Part shown: in pieces, positions 50,132 to 58,963 of the stretch
Layout: each line of letters begins with the position of its first letter
Position numbering within the stretch: position 1 is the first letter of the stretch
DNA from: Acidimicrobiia bacterium
Lineage (GTDB): Bacteria > Actinomycetota > Acidimicrobiia > Spongiisociales > ZC4RG35
Direction of reading: 5' to 3'
DNA length: 64,000 bases
NCBI GenBank assembly: GCA_036380875.1
Contig: DASVDX010000071.1
Coordinates: forward strand, 4,041 to 68,040
Program-made: the position numbers and the translations under genes
The notes under the pieces: model-generated
What the model was told of the DNA's origin: nothing
Seen by the model: the letters and a program-made list of their open reading frames with translations, nothing else
The model's database searches: none

Positions 50132-51565
50132 ATGCCCGTGTCAACGCCCAGCGGAGAGTTGAACGATCTGTTTCAGCGCCTCCCCGTTGCCCTCTACCGT
50201 TCGTCCGCCGACGGGAGGGTCCTCGCAGCCAACCAGGCGACCGCCGACCTTCTCGGGTACGACAGCCCCGAGGAGTTGCTCGCGAGTGATCGTGCAGCCA
50301 TCCTCGCCTACGCCGACCCGGAACGGCGCCTCGAGTGGCGGCGAGAGGTAGAAGAAAAGGGCATCTCACGCGACTTCGAGGCTCGATTGCGTCGCCGCGA
50401 CGGCTCGATCGTCTGGGTCAGAGACACCGCCCGGGCGGTATACAACGACGATGGGACGGTCCGCTACTACGAAGGCGTCCTGATCGACATCACTGCCGAG
50501 GTGTCGGCCTCGCTGTCCTCGTCGATCCTCTCGGGAGTCCTGGAATCGACCACCGACCTGGTCGTCGTCTTCGACGACACCGAGCGATTGCGTTATGCCA
50601 ACGGCGCCGCTCGCAGCTTCCTCGGGCTGTCGAAAGAGGACGTCCAGGGGCGGCCTCACTTCTCCAGGCTGTTTCCGAGCATCGACGGCGCTTGGGCCCG
50701 TTCCCTCCTCACATCCCGAGGCTGGTCGGGCGAAGTGACGATCGAGGACACCCGTGGGCGTCCGACGCCCCTGTGGGCCGTTGTCACTGGCCATGAAGGT
50801 CGCGATGGCCAGGCGTACGTGGCGACCATTGCCCGTGACCTCACGCAGGTGAAGGAAACCCAGCGGCGGCTGGAGGAGCTGATCACCGCAAAGGACGTGT
50901 TCGTCGCCACCGTCTCCCACGAGCTCCGGAACCCCCTCACCGGGATCGTCGGTCTGGCGGAGGAGCTGCGGGACAGCTACCAGGAGTTCGGCGAGCAGGA
51001 ACGTCACGATCTGATCACGCTCATCGCCCACCAGGCCGCAGAGATGACAGCGCTCGTCGAAGACCTGCTCGTCGCGGTCCGCTCAGATGTCGGTGAGGTG
51101 GCGGTGGTGCCCCAGAACGTCGATGTCGTCGCCCAACTGGCCGATCTGTCGGCCGTCTACACGGCTAAGACCCAATGGGAGCTTCCGAAAGAGAAGATCG
51201 CTGCCTGGGTAGACCCGCAGAGATTCCGCCAGATCGTCCGGAACCTGCTCAGCAACGCCGAACGGCACGGCGGCGCCAACGTCCGGGTCGGGGTCAACCA
51301 GGACAACGGCTGGGTGCGGGTCGTGGTGCGTGACGATGGCGACGGCGTGCCGCCCGGCGATGTGGAGCGGATCTTCGAGCCGTACGAGCGGGCCGCCGAC
51401 GTGCCGGTCAAGCAGGGGTCGGTCGGTTTGGGCCTGGCGGTCGCGAGGCGTCTGGCGCGGTTGATGGGTGGCGACCTCGACTACGTGTACGAAGACGGGT
51501 GGGCCACGTTCCGCCTCACCGTGCCGGCGGTCGAGAACGTCCAGATACCCTCCCTCGAGTCGTAG
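50132..51565 (+). CDS. Cytoplasmic PAS-domain sensor histidine kinase
   Basis: It has two PAS-like segments, an H-box (ATVSHELRNPLTGI) and HATPase_c (N, G1, G2 boxes). There are no TM segments. The RBS GAGGGAGG lies upstream. Confidence 0.8.
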   Translation: MPVSTPSGELNDLFQRLPVALYRSSADGRVLAANQATADLLGYDSPEELLASDRAAILAYADPERRLEWRREVEEKGISRDFEARLRRRDGSIVWVRDTARAVYNDDGTVRYYEGVLIDITAEVSASLSSSILSGVLESTTDLVVVFDDTERLRYANGAARSFLGLSKEDVQGRPHFSRLFPSIDGAWARSLLTSRGWSGEVTIEDTRGRPTPLWAVVTGHEGRDGQAYVATIARDLTQVKETQRRLEELITAKDVFVATVSHELRNPLTGIVGLAEELRDSYQEFGEQERHDLITLIAHQAAEMTALVEDLLVAVRSDVGEVAVVPQNVDVVAQLADLSAVYTAKTQWELPKEKIAAWVDPQRFRQIVRNLLSNAERHGGANVRVGVNQDNGWVRVVVRDDGDGVPPGDVERIFEPYERAADVPVKQGSVGLGLAVARRLARLMGGDLDYVYEDGWATFRLTVPAVENVQIPSLES

Positions 51566-51575
51566 CATCTCTCCG

Positions 51576-52583
51576 ATGCGTGTGATGGTTACCGGTGGCG
51601 CCGGCTTCGTCGGCAGCCACGTATGTGTGGCACTAGCCGAGGCCGGTCACGAGCCGGTGATCGTCGACAACTTCGTCAACGCCAAACCCGATGTGCCGGA
51701 GAGGATCGGGCGGATCTCCGGCCAGGACCCCCACGTGTACGAGGTCGATGTCCGCGACACCAAAGGTCTGAGCGAGGTGTTCTCGGATGGACAGTTCGAC
51801 GCCGTGATCCACTGTGCTGCCCTGAAAGCGGTCGGGGAGTCGGTGGAGAAGCCTCTCGAGTACTACGACAACAACGTCACCGGCACCATCAACCTGCTCC
51901 GGGTCATGGACGAGCACGACGTCCGCCGCATCGTCTTCTCCTCGTCGGCGACGGTCTACGGCGATCCCGAAACCGTTCCAGTCACAGAGGAATCACCCGT
52001 CGGGCAGGCGACCAACCCGTATGGGTGGACGAAGGTGATGATGGAGCAGGTGATGACCGACCTCCACACGGCCGACAACCGGTGGTGTGTCGCCCTGCTC
52101 CGTTACTTCAACCCCGTGGGCGCCCATCCGAGCGGACTCATCGGTGAGGATCCGGCGGGGATACCCAACAACCTCATGCCGTACATCGCCCAGGTGGCCG
52201 CCGGCAAGCTCGATCGGCTGCCGGTCTACGGAGACGACTACCCGACAGTCGACGGAACCGGAGTGCGAGATTTCGTGCACGTCGTGGATCTCGCCGAAGG
52301 CCACGTGGCGGCGCTCGAGTCGATGGGAGAGCCGGGCGCCTTCCTCGTCTACAACCTCGGGACGGGCCGGGGGACCTCGGTTCTGGAGCTCATCAAGGCC
52401 TTCGAGACGGCCACCGGTGTCACCGTCCCGTACGAGATCGTGGGACGCCGGCCCGGGGACGTTGCCGAGACGTGGGCGGCGGTCGACAAAGCGGAACGCG
52501 AACTCGGATGGCGCGCCAAGCTCAGTATCGAGGACATGTGCGCCGACATGTGGCGCTGGCAGCGCTCCGAATACGCCGGCTAG
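51576..52583 (+). CDS. galE: UDP-glucose 4-epimerase
   Basis: It has VTGGAGFVGSH, the YxxxK site (NPYGWTK) and is 335 aa. Confidence 0.85.
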   Translation: MRVMVTGGAGFVGSHVCVALAEAGHEPVIVDNFVNAKPDVPERIGRISGQDPHVYEVDVRDTKGLSEVFSDGQFDAVIHCAALKAVGESVEKPLEYYDNNVTGTINLLRVMDEHDVRRIVFSSSATVYGDPETVPVTEESPVGQATNPYGWTKVMMEQVMTDLHTADNRWCVALLRYFNPVGAHPSGLIGEDPAGIPNNLMPYIAQVAAGKLDRLPVYGDDYPTVDGTGVRDFVHVVDLAEGHVAALESMGEPGAFLVYNLGTGRGTSVLELIKAFETATGVTVPYEIVGRRPGDVAETWAAVDKAERELGWRAKLSIEDMCADMWRWQRSEYAG

Positions 52584-52586
52584 GCG

Positions 52587-53210
52587 TCAGGCCACGTCCG
52601 GGTTCAGCGAGTAGGTGCCCGTGAGCGAAGCCTCGGCCAGGATGTGGCCCTCCATCGCCTGCCTCACGTCGGCGGCGGTGAAGTTTCCACTCACCGGCAA
52701 GGACTCCACATCGAGCGCAAACAACGTGAACGTGTAGTGGTGGACGATGCTGTCGTTCCATGGAGGACAGGGGCCGTCGTATCCGCGATAGGTGCCCTCC
52801 ATGTCCGGGTCACCGGCGAACCAGCCCGTGTAGTCGTTCACACCTTCACGGGGGCCGTCGTGACGACCCTCCTTGCCGCGAGCGACCACGCCGCCACGTG
52901 AGAAGGCACCCTCTTCGATCTTCCGGACGTCCGCCGGGATGTCCACCAGGACCCAGTGGACGAACTCGACCCGGGGGAGATCGGCGGGAACCACCCTGCC
53001 CTCCTGGTTGACGTCGTCGGGCACCGACGGCACGTCGCGGTCGGTGCAGAGGAGCGCGAACGACCGGGTGCCCTCGGGCACATCGTCCCATTCCAGGCCG
53101 GGGTTGCGGTTGTCCGAGAACGCGATGTGCGCCTCAGGATCGGGAACCGCGAAGGCGCATTCGGGAGGTATGCGTTCACCATCTGCGAAGTTGGGACTCG
53201 TCAGGCGCAT
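52587..53210 (-). CDS. YbhB/YbcL-family phosphatidylethanolamine-binding (PEBP) protein
   Basis: It has the PEBP fold with conserved H and DP residues (HWVLVDIP...HHYTFTLFALD). I trimmed the start to MRLTSPNF. Confidence 0.7.
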   Translation of the reverse strand: MRLTSPNFADGERIPPECAFAVPDPEAHIAFSDNRNPGLEWDDVPEGTRSFALLCTDRDVPSVPDDVNQEGRVVPADLPRVEFVHWVLVDIPADVRKIEEGAFSRGGVVARGKEGRHDGPREGVNDYTGWFAGDPDMEGTYRGYDGPCPPWNDSIVHHYTFTLFALDVESLPVSGNFTAADVRQAMEGHILAEASLTGTYSLNPDVA

Positions 53211-53272
53211 GGCGGGGACGATACCGCGACCGGCGCTCCTGAGGGGCTCCGGTCGCGATACCGTGGACAACG

Positions 53273-54979
53273 ATGCTGGACCACAACGAATTGGCGCAAC
53301 GGACCCGCGAATGGATCGACGCCGACCCAGATCCGTCCACCCGCCAGGAGCTCGAGGCCCTGCTCGAGGCGGAGGACTGGGCTGAGCTGACCGAGAGGAT
53401 GGGCGGCGTCCTCCGGTTCGGCACCGCGGGCATCCGTGGAGCGGTGCAAGCGGGATCCAACCGCATGAACCGGGCGGTAGTCATCCGCACTACCGCCGGG
53501 CTGGCGGACTTCCTGAAGAGGGAGCGCTCGGGCCACGTCGTGGTCGGATTCGATGCCCGCTCGTCGTCGCCCCAGTTCGCCGAGGACACCGTAGGTGTGC
53601 TGGTGGCCGCCGGAATCGACGTCAGCTACTTCCCGCACCCGGTGCCGACCCCCATCGTCGCCTACACGGCCCGAAAGACCGGGGCGGCGGCTGCGGTGGT
53701 CATCACTGCCAGCCACAACCCGCCGGCCGACAACGGCTACAAGGTTTACGACAGCAACGGGGCCCAGATCATCCCTCCGGTCGACACCGCCATCTCCGAA
53801 GCAATCGACCGGATCGGCCCGGCCAGGGACGTGCCTCGGATCGAACACCCCCTGGGCCCTGACAGCCCGGCCCGACGGCTCGACTTCGAGGAGATCTACG
53901 ACGCCTATCGCCGAGACGTCGACGCCGTTCGCCCGCGCCGCGAGGGGTCGTCGATCACAGTCGCCTACACGCCGATCCACGGAGTCGGCTGGGCGACATT
54001 CCAGCGGCTCGTGACCGACGCCGGCTACCCAAACGTCGAAGCGGTGGCCGAGCAGCGTGATCCCGACGGCCGGTTTCCCACGGTGTCCTTCCCCAACCCA
54101 GAGGAACCGGGGGCGATGGACCTCGTGGAGAAACTCGGCACCCGGATCGGCGCCGATCTAGTGCTCGCCAACGACCCGGACGCCGACCGGCTGGCGGTGG
54201 CCGTCCCGGACGGAGCGGGAGGGTGGAGAGCGCTGACCGGCAACCAGATCGGCGTGCTCCTCGCCGACTACCTCCTCCAGAACTGGTCCGGCGGCGATAG
54301 GCCGATGGTCATCAACTCGATCGTCTCGTCACCCATGCTCCAGTCCGTCGCCGAGTTGTACCGGGCCCACTTCGACCAGACGCTGACGGGTTTCAAGTGG
54401 ATCGCCAATGCCGCCCTCGAACTGGAGGCCAAAGGCGTCGGGACCTTCGTGTTCGGTTACGAAGAGGCGCTGGGCTACACCGTTGGCGGTCATGTGCGCG
54501 ACAAGGACGGGCTGTCCGCCGGCCTCGTCTTCCTCGACCTGGCGGCCACGCTCCGAGACGAGGGTCAGACGGTCATCGACCGGATGGCGGACCTGTACGA
54601 GCGTGCGGGGCTGTGGGTCTCCACTCAACTCAGCCTGGTGCGACCGGGAACCGAGGGCCTCGCCGAGATAGCCGGCGCCATGGAGCTTCTCGGCGAAAGG
54701 ACACCATCCGAACTGGATGGGCGGAAGGTGGTGTCCGTCAGAGACTTCCGGGTCGGAGCGGAGGAGCGGCCGCGTTGGCTGCCCGCCACGGACCTCGTGG
54801 AGATGACGCTGGAGGGAGGAGGCCGAGTCCTCGTCCGCCCTTCCGGTACCGAGCCGAAGCTGAAGATCTACGTGGATCTGCCTGGGTCCGCCGAAGGTGA
54901 CATCGCCCTGCAGGAGAGCGAGACTCGGGCTGCCGCTGACCGCATCGCCGCGGCCACGGCTCGGTTCATTGGCCTCTGA
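53273..54979 (+). CDS. Phosphomannomutase / phosphoglucomutase (alpha-D-phosphohexomutase)
   Basis: It has the active-site serine motif TASHNP, the metal-binding DPDADR loop and a GEE sugar-binding motif. Confidence 0.85.
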   Translation: MLDHNELAQRTREWIDADPDPSTRQELEALLEAEDWAELTERMGGVLRFGTAGIRGAVQAGSNRMNRAVVIRTTAGLADFLKRERSGHVVVGFDARSSSPQFAEDTVGVLVAAGIDVSYFPHPVPTPIVAYTARKTGAAAAVVITASHNPPADNGYKVYDSNGAQIIPPVDTAISEAIDRIGPARDVPRIEHPLGPDSPARRLDFEEIYDAYRRDVDAVRPRREGSSITVAYTPIHGVGWATFQRLVTDAGYPNVEAVAEQRDPDGRFPTVSFPNPEEPGAMDLVEKLGTRIGADLVLANDPDADRLAVAVPDGAGGWRALTGNQIGVLLADYLLQNWSGGDRPMVINSIVSSPMLQSVAELYRAHFDQTLTGFKWIANAALELEAKGVGTFVFGYEEALGYTVGGHVRDKDGLSAGLVFLDLAATLRDEGQTVIDRMADLYERAGLWVSTQLSLVRPGTEGLAEIAGAMELLGERTPSELDGRKVVSVRDFRVGAEERPRWLPATDLVEMTLEGGGRVLVRPSGTEPKLKIYVDLPGSAEGDIALQESETRAAADRIAAATARFIGL

Positions 54980-55148
54980 GCTCCTGCTGGTGCCGCCGGT
55001 ACAGGTAGAGCCATCCCAGGCCGTGGATGGCGATGGCGACAGCGAGGACCACCGTGACAGACCAGTATCCGAGTATCGCCGCCACCAGGGCTGCCAGGGC
55101 AGCACCGATCACGAGGGCCGTACGCACGCCGTTCAACGGGCCGAACAT
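54966..55148 (-). CDS. Small hypothetical two-TM membrane protein (60 aa)
   Basis: This is the MFGPLNG... portion of a longer minus-strand ORF. It has two hydrophobic helices, and its 3' end overlaps the mutase stop. It is weakly supported. Confidence 0.3.
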   Translation of the reverse strand: MFGPLNGVRTALVIGAALAALVAAILGYWSVTVVLAVAIAIHGLGWLYLYRRHQQELRGQ

Positions 55149-55213
55149 GCCCCGAATGGTACGGCGCCCAGAGAGGTACCGAGACGCCGGTTCCGTCCAC
55201 TTAAGATCCGACG

Positions 55214-56023
55214 ATGATCCGAAGTCTGTTCGTCGTCGACGGTGACGCCCTGATCCCCTCAGAGCTGACCCGAGGGGGCTGGTCCGACGAGGCTCAGCAC
55301 GGCAGTCCACCGGCGGGGATCATGGCCCGGGCGATCGAAAGGGTCCCGACGGCCGGCCCGATGCAGGTCGTGCGGTTCACCATCGACTTGTTCCGCGAAG
55401 TGCCACTGGCGCCGCTTCGAATCGAGACGGAAGTGATCCGGGACGGCCGCCGGATCCAGGTCGTCGAGGCGCGGTTGTTCCACGATGATCGCGAGCTCGG
55501 GCGAGCGACGGCTCTGAAGATCAGGGTGGCCGAACAAGGCGGCGACGAACTGCGGGGCACACGGGGAGAGGATCCACTTCCGACCGAACGTCACCCTGAG
55601 GACTTGCCCTTGCTCGACCTGCGGAGCTTCTTCGGGGGAGACGAGACCCTGCTGCGGTTCCACACAGACGCCATCGAGATCCGCAGCTCGGAAGACTCGT
55701 TCGTCCGTCCCGTGGTGGGGGAGTCGTGGTTCCGCCTGAAAGTGGACCTGGTGGAAGGCGAGACGGTGACACCGTTCCAGCGGGCGGCGATCATGTCCGA
55801 CCTGTCGAATGGCAACTCTCAGGCTCTCGACCCGAAGCGCTGGCTCTACGTGAACCCGGACACGACCCTGTACTTGCACAGGCTGCCGGATGGCGAATGG
55901 GTGGGCATGCGATCGTGGGTCGATCAGGTGTCGACGGGTATCGGTGTCAACGAGAGTGCCGTGTACGACCTCAAGGGCCGATTCGGCCACATCAACCAGG
56001 CGCAGTTGATCGAGAGACGCTGA
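55214..56023 (+). CDS. Acyl-CoA-thioesterase-II-like thioesterase family protein
   Basis: It has a double hot-dog architecture, typical of the actinobacterial thioesterase superfamily. Confidence 0.55.
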   Translation: MIRSLFVVDGDALIPSELTRGGWSDEAQHGSPPAGIMARAIERVPTAGPMQVVRFTIDLFREVPLAPLRIETEVIRDGRRIQVVEARLFHDDRELGRATALKIRVAEQGGDELRGTRGEDPLPTERHPEDLPLLDLRSFFGGDETLLRFHTDAIEIRSSEDSFVRPVVGESWFRLKVDLVEGETVTPFQRAAIMSDLSNGNSQALDPKRWLYVNPDTTLYLHRLPDGEWVGMRSWVDQVSTGIGVNESAVYDLKGRFGHINQAQLIERR

Positions 56024-56046
56024 GACGGCGAGGGGAGGGGATCCAG

Positions 56047-57006
56047 ATGGAGACGCGGATGTTCGGCAGCCTGTGGCCGGTGAGCGCCCTGACGCTCGGT
56101 GGCGGCGGCATCGGCCAGGTGTGGGGTGCCACCAGCCGTCAGGAATCGGTGGCCACGGTGCGCGAGGCGGTGGATTCGGGCGTCACACTGATCGACGTCG
56201 CCCCCACCTACGGCGACGGGGAAGCAGAGAGCGTGGTGGGGGAGGCTCTCGATGGTCGCCTGCCCGAAGGGATGCGGGTGCTCACGAAGCGACATGTCCG
56301 CAACGAGGACCAGGGCAACGTCGCTCGGGTTCTCGAAGAGGGACTCGACGAGAGCCTCGATCGCCTCCGTCTGGACTTCGTGGACGTGTTCCTCCTGCAC
56401 AGCCAGATCACCCCCGTACAGGACCCCGAACGGTCCGGCTGGCCCGTGGGACTCGCCCTCTACCTCGAGGAATTGCGGTCTGCCCTCGACGACCTCGTGG
56501 CAAGGGGGCGGGTTGGTGCCTGGGGGATCACGGCGGTTCAGTTCCCGGGGGTCCTCGAGGTCGTCTTCGACCAGTCGCCTCGGCCTCAGGTCGCCCAGAT
56601 GATCGCCAACGTCCTCGACGCCCCGGGAGACATGGCTTGGAGCGACGAGGACTTCGACCGCCGGGAGATGATCCGCCGGGTCGAGGAAAAGGGCACTGCG
56701 ATCATGGGTATCCGGGCTGTACAGGCGGGCGCGTTCACCGACACGATCGACCGGCCTGTGGACGACGACCACCCGTCCATGGTCGATCACCCGCGAGCGG
56801 CGCCGTTGCGGGCACTCGCCGCAGAGTTGGGTGAATCGACGGCGGCTCTGGCCCATCGGTACGCACTCGCCATCGATGGCGTCGACACCGTCGTCCTAGG
56901 CGTCAAGAACCGCCAGGAGCTGGCCGAATGCCTCGCCGCGGCCGAAAAGGGGCCTCTGTCGCCGGAGGAGGTGCGGCTGGTCGACTCCCGGCTCGACCGG
57001 GCCTGA
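56047..57006 (+). CDS. Aldo/keto reductase
   Basis: It has the AKR signatures (IDVAPTYGDGEAE, LLHS... catalytic region). Confidence 0.75.
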   Translation: METRMFGSLWPVSALTLGGGGIGQVWGATSRQESVATVREAVDSGVTLIDVAPTYGDGEAESVVGEALDGRLPEGMRVLTKRHVRNEDQGNVARVLEEGLDESLDRLRLDFVDVFLLHSQITPVQDPERSGWPVGLALYLEELRSALDDLVARGRVGAWGITAVQFPGVLEVVFDQSPRPQVAQMIANVLDAPGDMAWSDEDFDRREMIRRVEEKGTAIMGIRAVQAGAFTDTIDRPVDDDHPSMVDHPRAAPLRALAAELGESTAALAHRYALAIDGVDTVVLGVKNRQELAECLAAAEKGPLSPEEVRLVDSRLDRA

Positions 57007-57017
57007 TCCCGTCTCGA

Positions 57018-57863
57018 TCAGAAGAGGGCAGAGGCCAGGCGACGGCGGTACGTGGAGACCAAGTCGGGGTCGTCGATCGTCTGGAACAGATCTAGCATCG
57101 CCTTCCGGGCCTCTTCGGCGGCGTCCTCGTCGCCGTCGGTGATGATGGCGAGGTATTCGTCCATCGCCTGTTCAGCCTGGCTCGCTGCGGCGAGGCCGCG
57201 GGCGTAGGCGAGGCGGGCCTGTACGTCGGAGGGGTCGAGTTCCACCTGGCGCCGCAACTCGTCGATGTCCCCAGCGCCTCGCCTCGTGCGGATGGTCGAG
57301 CGGAGACGCCCGACGTCGTCGGTGTCGGGGAGTGGCTCGAGCACCGCTTCGGCTCCGTCGAGGTCGCCGTTCTCGATCAGAACCGACGCCAGACCGACCG
57401 ACGCCGTGTAATGGCTCGGATCCAACTCGAGGGCGCGCCTGAAAGCCACTTCGGCTTCCTCGATCCGCCCCGACCGCTGCAGTTCCAGCCCATCGGCTGC
57501 GATCCGGTCGGCGGCGGTGGGGACCAGGCCCCGTAGCCACTGCCGCACCGACTCTTCGGGAAGTGCGCCCGTGAACCGGGCAACGGGATCACCGTCCCGG
57601 AAACCGATGACGGTGGGGATGCCCTGGATGCCGAATTGCAGGGCCAGTGCCTGGTTCTGGTCCACGTCGACCTTCACCAGCTCCCAATCGCCGTTGGCCT
57701 CGTTGGCGAGCTTCTCCAGGATCGGGCTCAGCACACGGCAGGGGCCGCACCAGGTCGCCCAGAAGTCGACAACCACCGGCACCTCATGGGAGCGCGCCAG
57801 CACCATCTGGGCGAAATCGGACATGGAGACGTCGCGGATGGGGGCAGGCATGAGAACAGTCAT
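57018..57863 (-). CDS. Thioredoxin-domain protein with C-terminal TPR repeats (YbbN/CnoX-like)
   Basis: It has the WCGPC active site and TPR-like helices at the C-terminus. The start may be one of several downstream Met codons. Confidence 0.8.
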   Translation of the reverse strand: MTVLMPAPIRDVSMSDFAQMVLARSHEVPVVVDFWATWCGPCRVLSPILEKLANEANGDWELVKVDVDQNQALALQFGIQGIPTVIGFRDGDPVARFTGALPEESVRQWLRGLVPTAADRIAADGLELQRSGRIEEAEVAFRRALELDPSHYTASVGLASVLIENGDLDGAEAVLEPLPDTDDVGRLRSTIRTRRGAGDIDELRRQVELDPSDVQARLAYARGLAAASQAEQAMDEYLAIITDGDEDAAEEARKAMLDLFQTIDDPDLVSTYRRRLASALF

Positions 57864-57943
57864 TGTACGGGGGCGGGCCCACCTTCCCATCAAGACGGCG
57901 AAAACCCGGACCTACGGTGCCTGGTGCGTGGCATCCTTGTGGC

Positions 57944-58960
57944 GTGACTACTGACCAGACTCCCGCCTTGCCCCCGTTCGGCACCAGTTTCGGGGAAACG
58001 ATGACCGTATCCCGCTGGGAGAACGGGTCGTGGTCGGAACCCAGCCGCCAAACCGTGGGGCCACTGCCGCTACACCCAGGCGCTCATGTTCTCCACTACG
58101 GGAGCGCGTGTTTCGAAGGCCTCAAAGCGCATCGAGGCGTCGACGGTGTGATCCGGATCTTTCGTCCCGACCGTCACGTTGCTCGGCTCCGAGCGAGCGC
58201 CGAGCGCCTGTGGCTGCCGGTCCCTCCGGAAGGCCTCGCGCTCGAAATGATCGTCGACGCCGTTCAGGCCAACCTCGATCACGTGCCACCCACCCCGGGA
58301 TCGCTCTACATTCGCCCGACACTGATCGGCACGTCCGCCAATATCGGCGCCGCTGGCTCCCCCACGCGCGAGGCCTTGCTGTTCGTGCTCACCAGCCCGG
58401 TCGGTGACTACTTCGCCGGCGGAGTCACCCCTCTGCGGATCGCCGTAGAGCAAAAGCGTCGGCGCACGACCGAACAGTTCGGGGCGGTCAAGACCGGCGC
58501 CAACTACGCCATGGCGCTCGGCGTGACGATGGAGGCCCGAGCGGCGTACGACGTCGCCCAGGTGTTGTTCGCGCCCGACGGCCGGGTCCAGGAAACGGGC
58601 GCCTCGAACGTGATGTTGATCTCGGCGGACCGGGTCGTGACTCCGCCGGCCGACGGATCGATCCTCCAGGGCGTGACCCGCGAGTCGCTCCTGACTCTCG
58701 CCTCCGATCGGGGGATGACGGTGGAGGAGAGGACGGTGACGGTCGACGAGTTGCTGGCGTGGTGCGAGGCGGGGGAGGTGGCGCTGGCAGGAACGGCGGC
58801 AGTGCTGGCTCCAGTGGGGACGCTGATCGTCGATGGCGCCGAGATCACTGTTGGCGATGGCCAGGCGGGCCCCCACACGCTGGAACTGCGGGAAGCGCTG
58901 ATCGAAACTCAGGTGGGCAAGGCCGAGGACGTCCACGGCTGGACGCTGCCCCTCAGCTGA
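57944..58960 (+). CDS. ilvE: Branched-chain amino acid aminotransferase
   Basis: It has LPPFGTSF near the N-terminus and the PLP-lysine region (AVKTGANYA). The GTG start is chosen upstream of the conserved N-terminus. Confidence 0.85.
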   Translation: MTTDQTPALPPFGTSFGETMTVSRWENGSWSEPSRQTVGPLPLHPGAHVLHYGSACFEGLKAHRGVDGVIRIFRPDRHVARLRASAERLWLPVPPEGLALEMIVDAVQANLDHVPPTPGSLYIRPTLIGTSANIGAAGSPTREALLFVLTSPVGDYFAGGVTPLRIAVEQKRRRTTEQFGAVKTGANYAMALGVTMEARAAYDVAQVLFAPDGRVQETGASNVMLISADRVVTPPADGSILQGVTRESLLTLASDRGMTVEERTVTVDELLAWCEAGEVALAGTAAVLAPVGTLIVDGAEITVGDGQAGPHTLELREALIETQVGKAEDVHGWTLPLS

Positions 58961-58963
58961 GCC

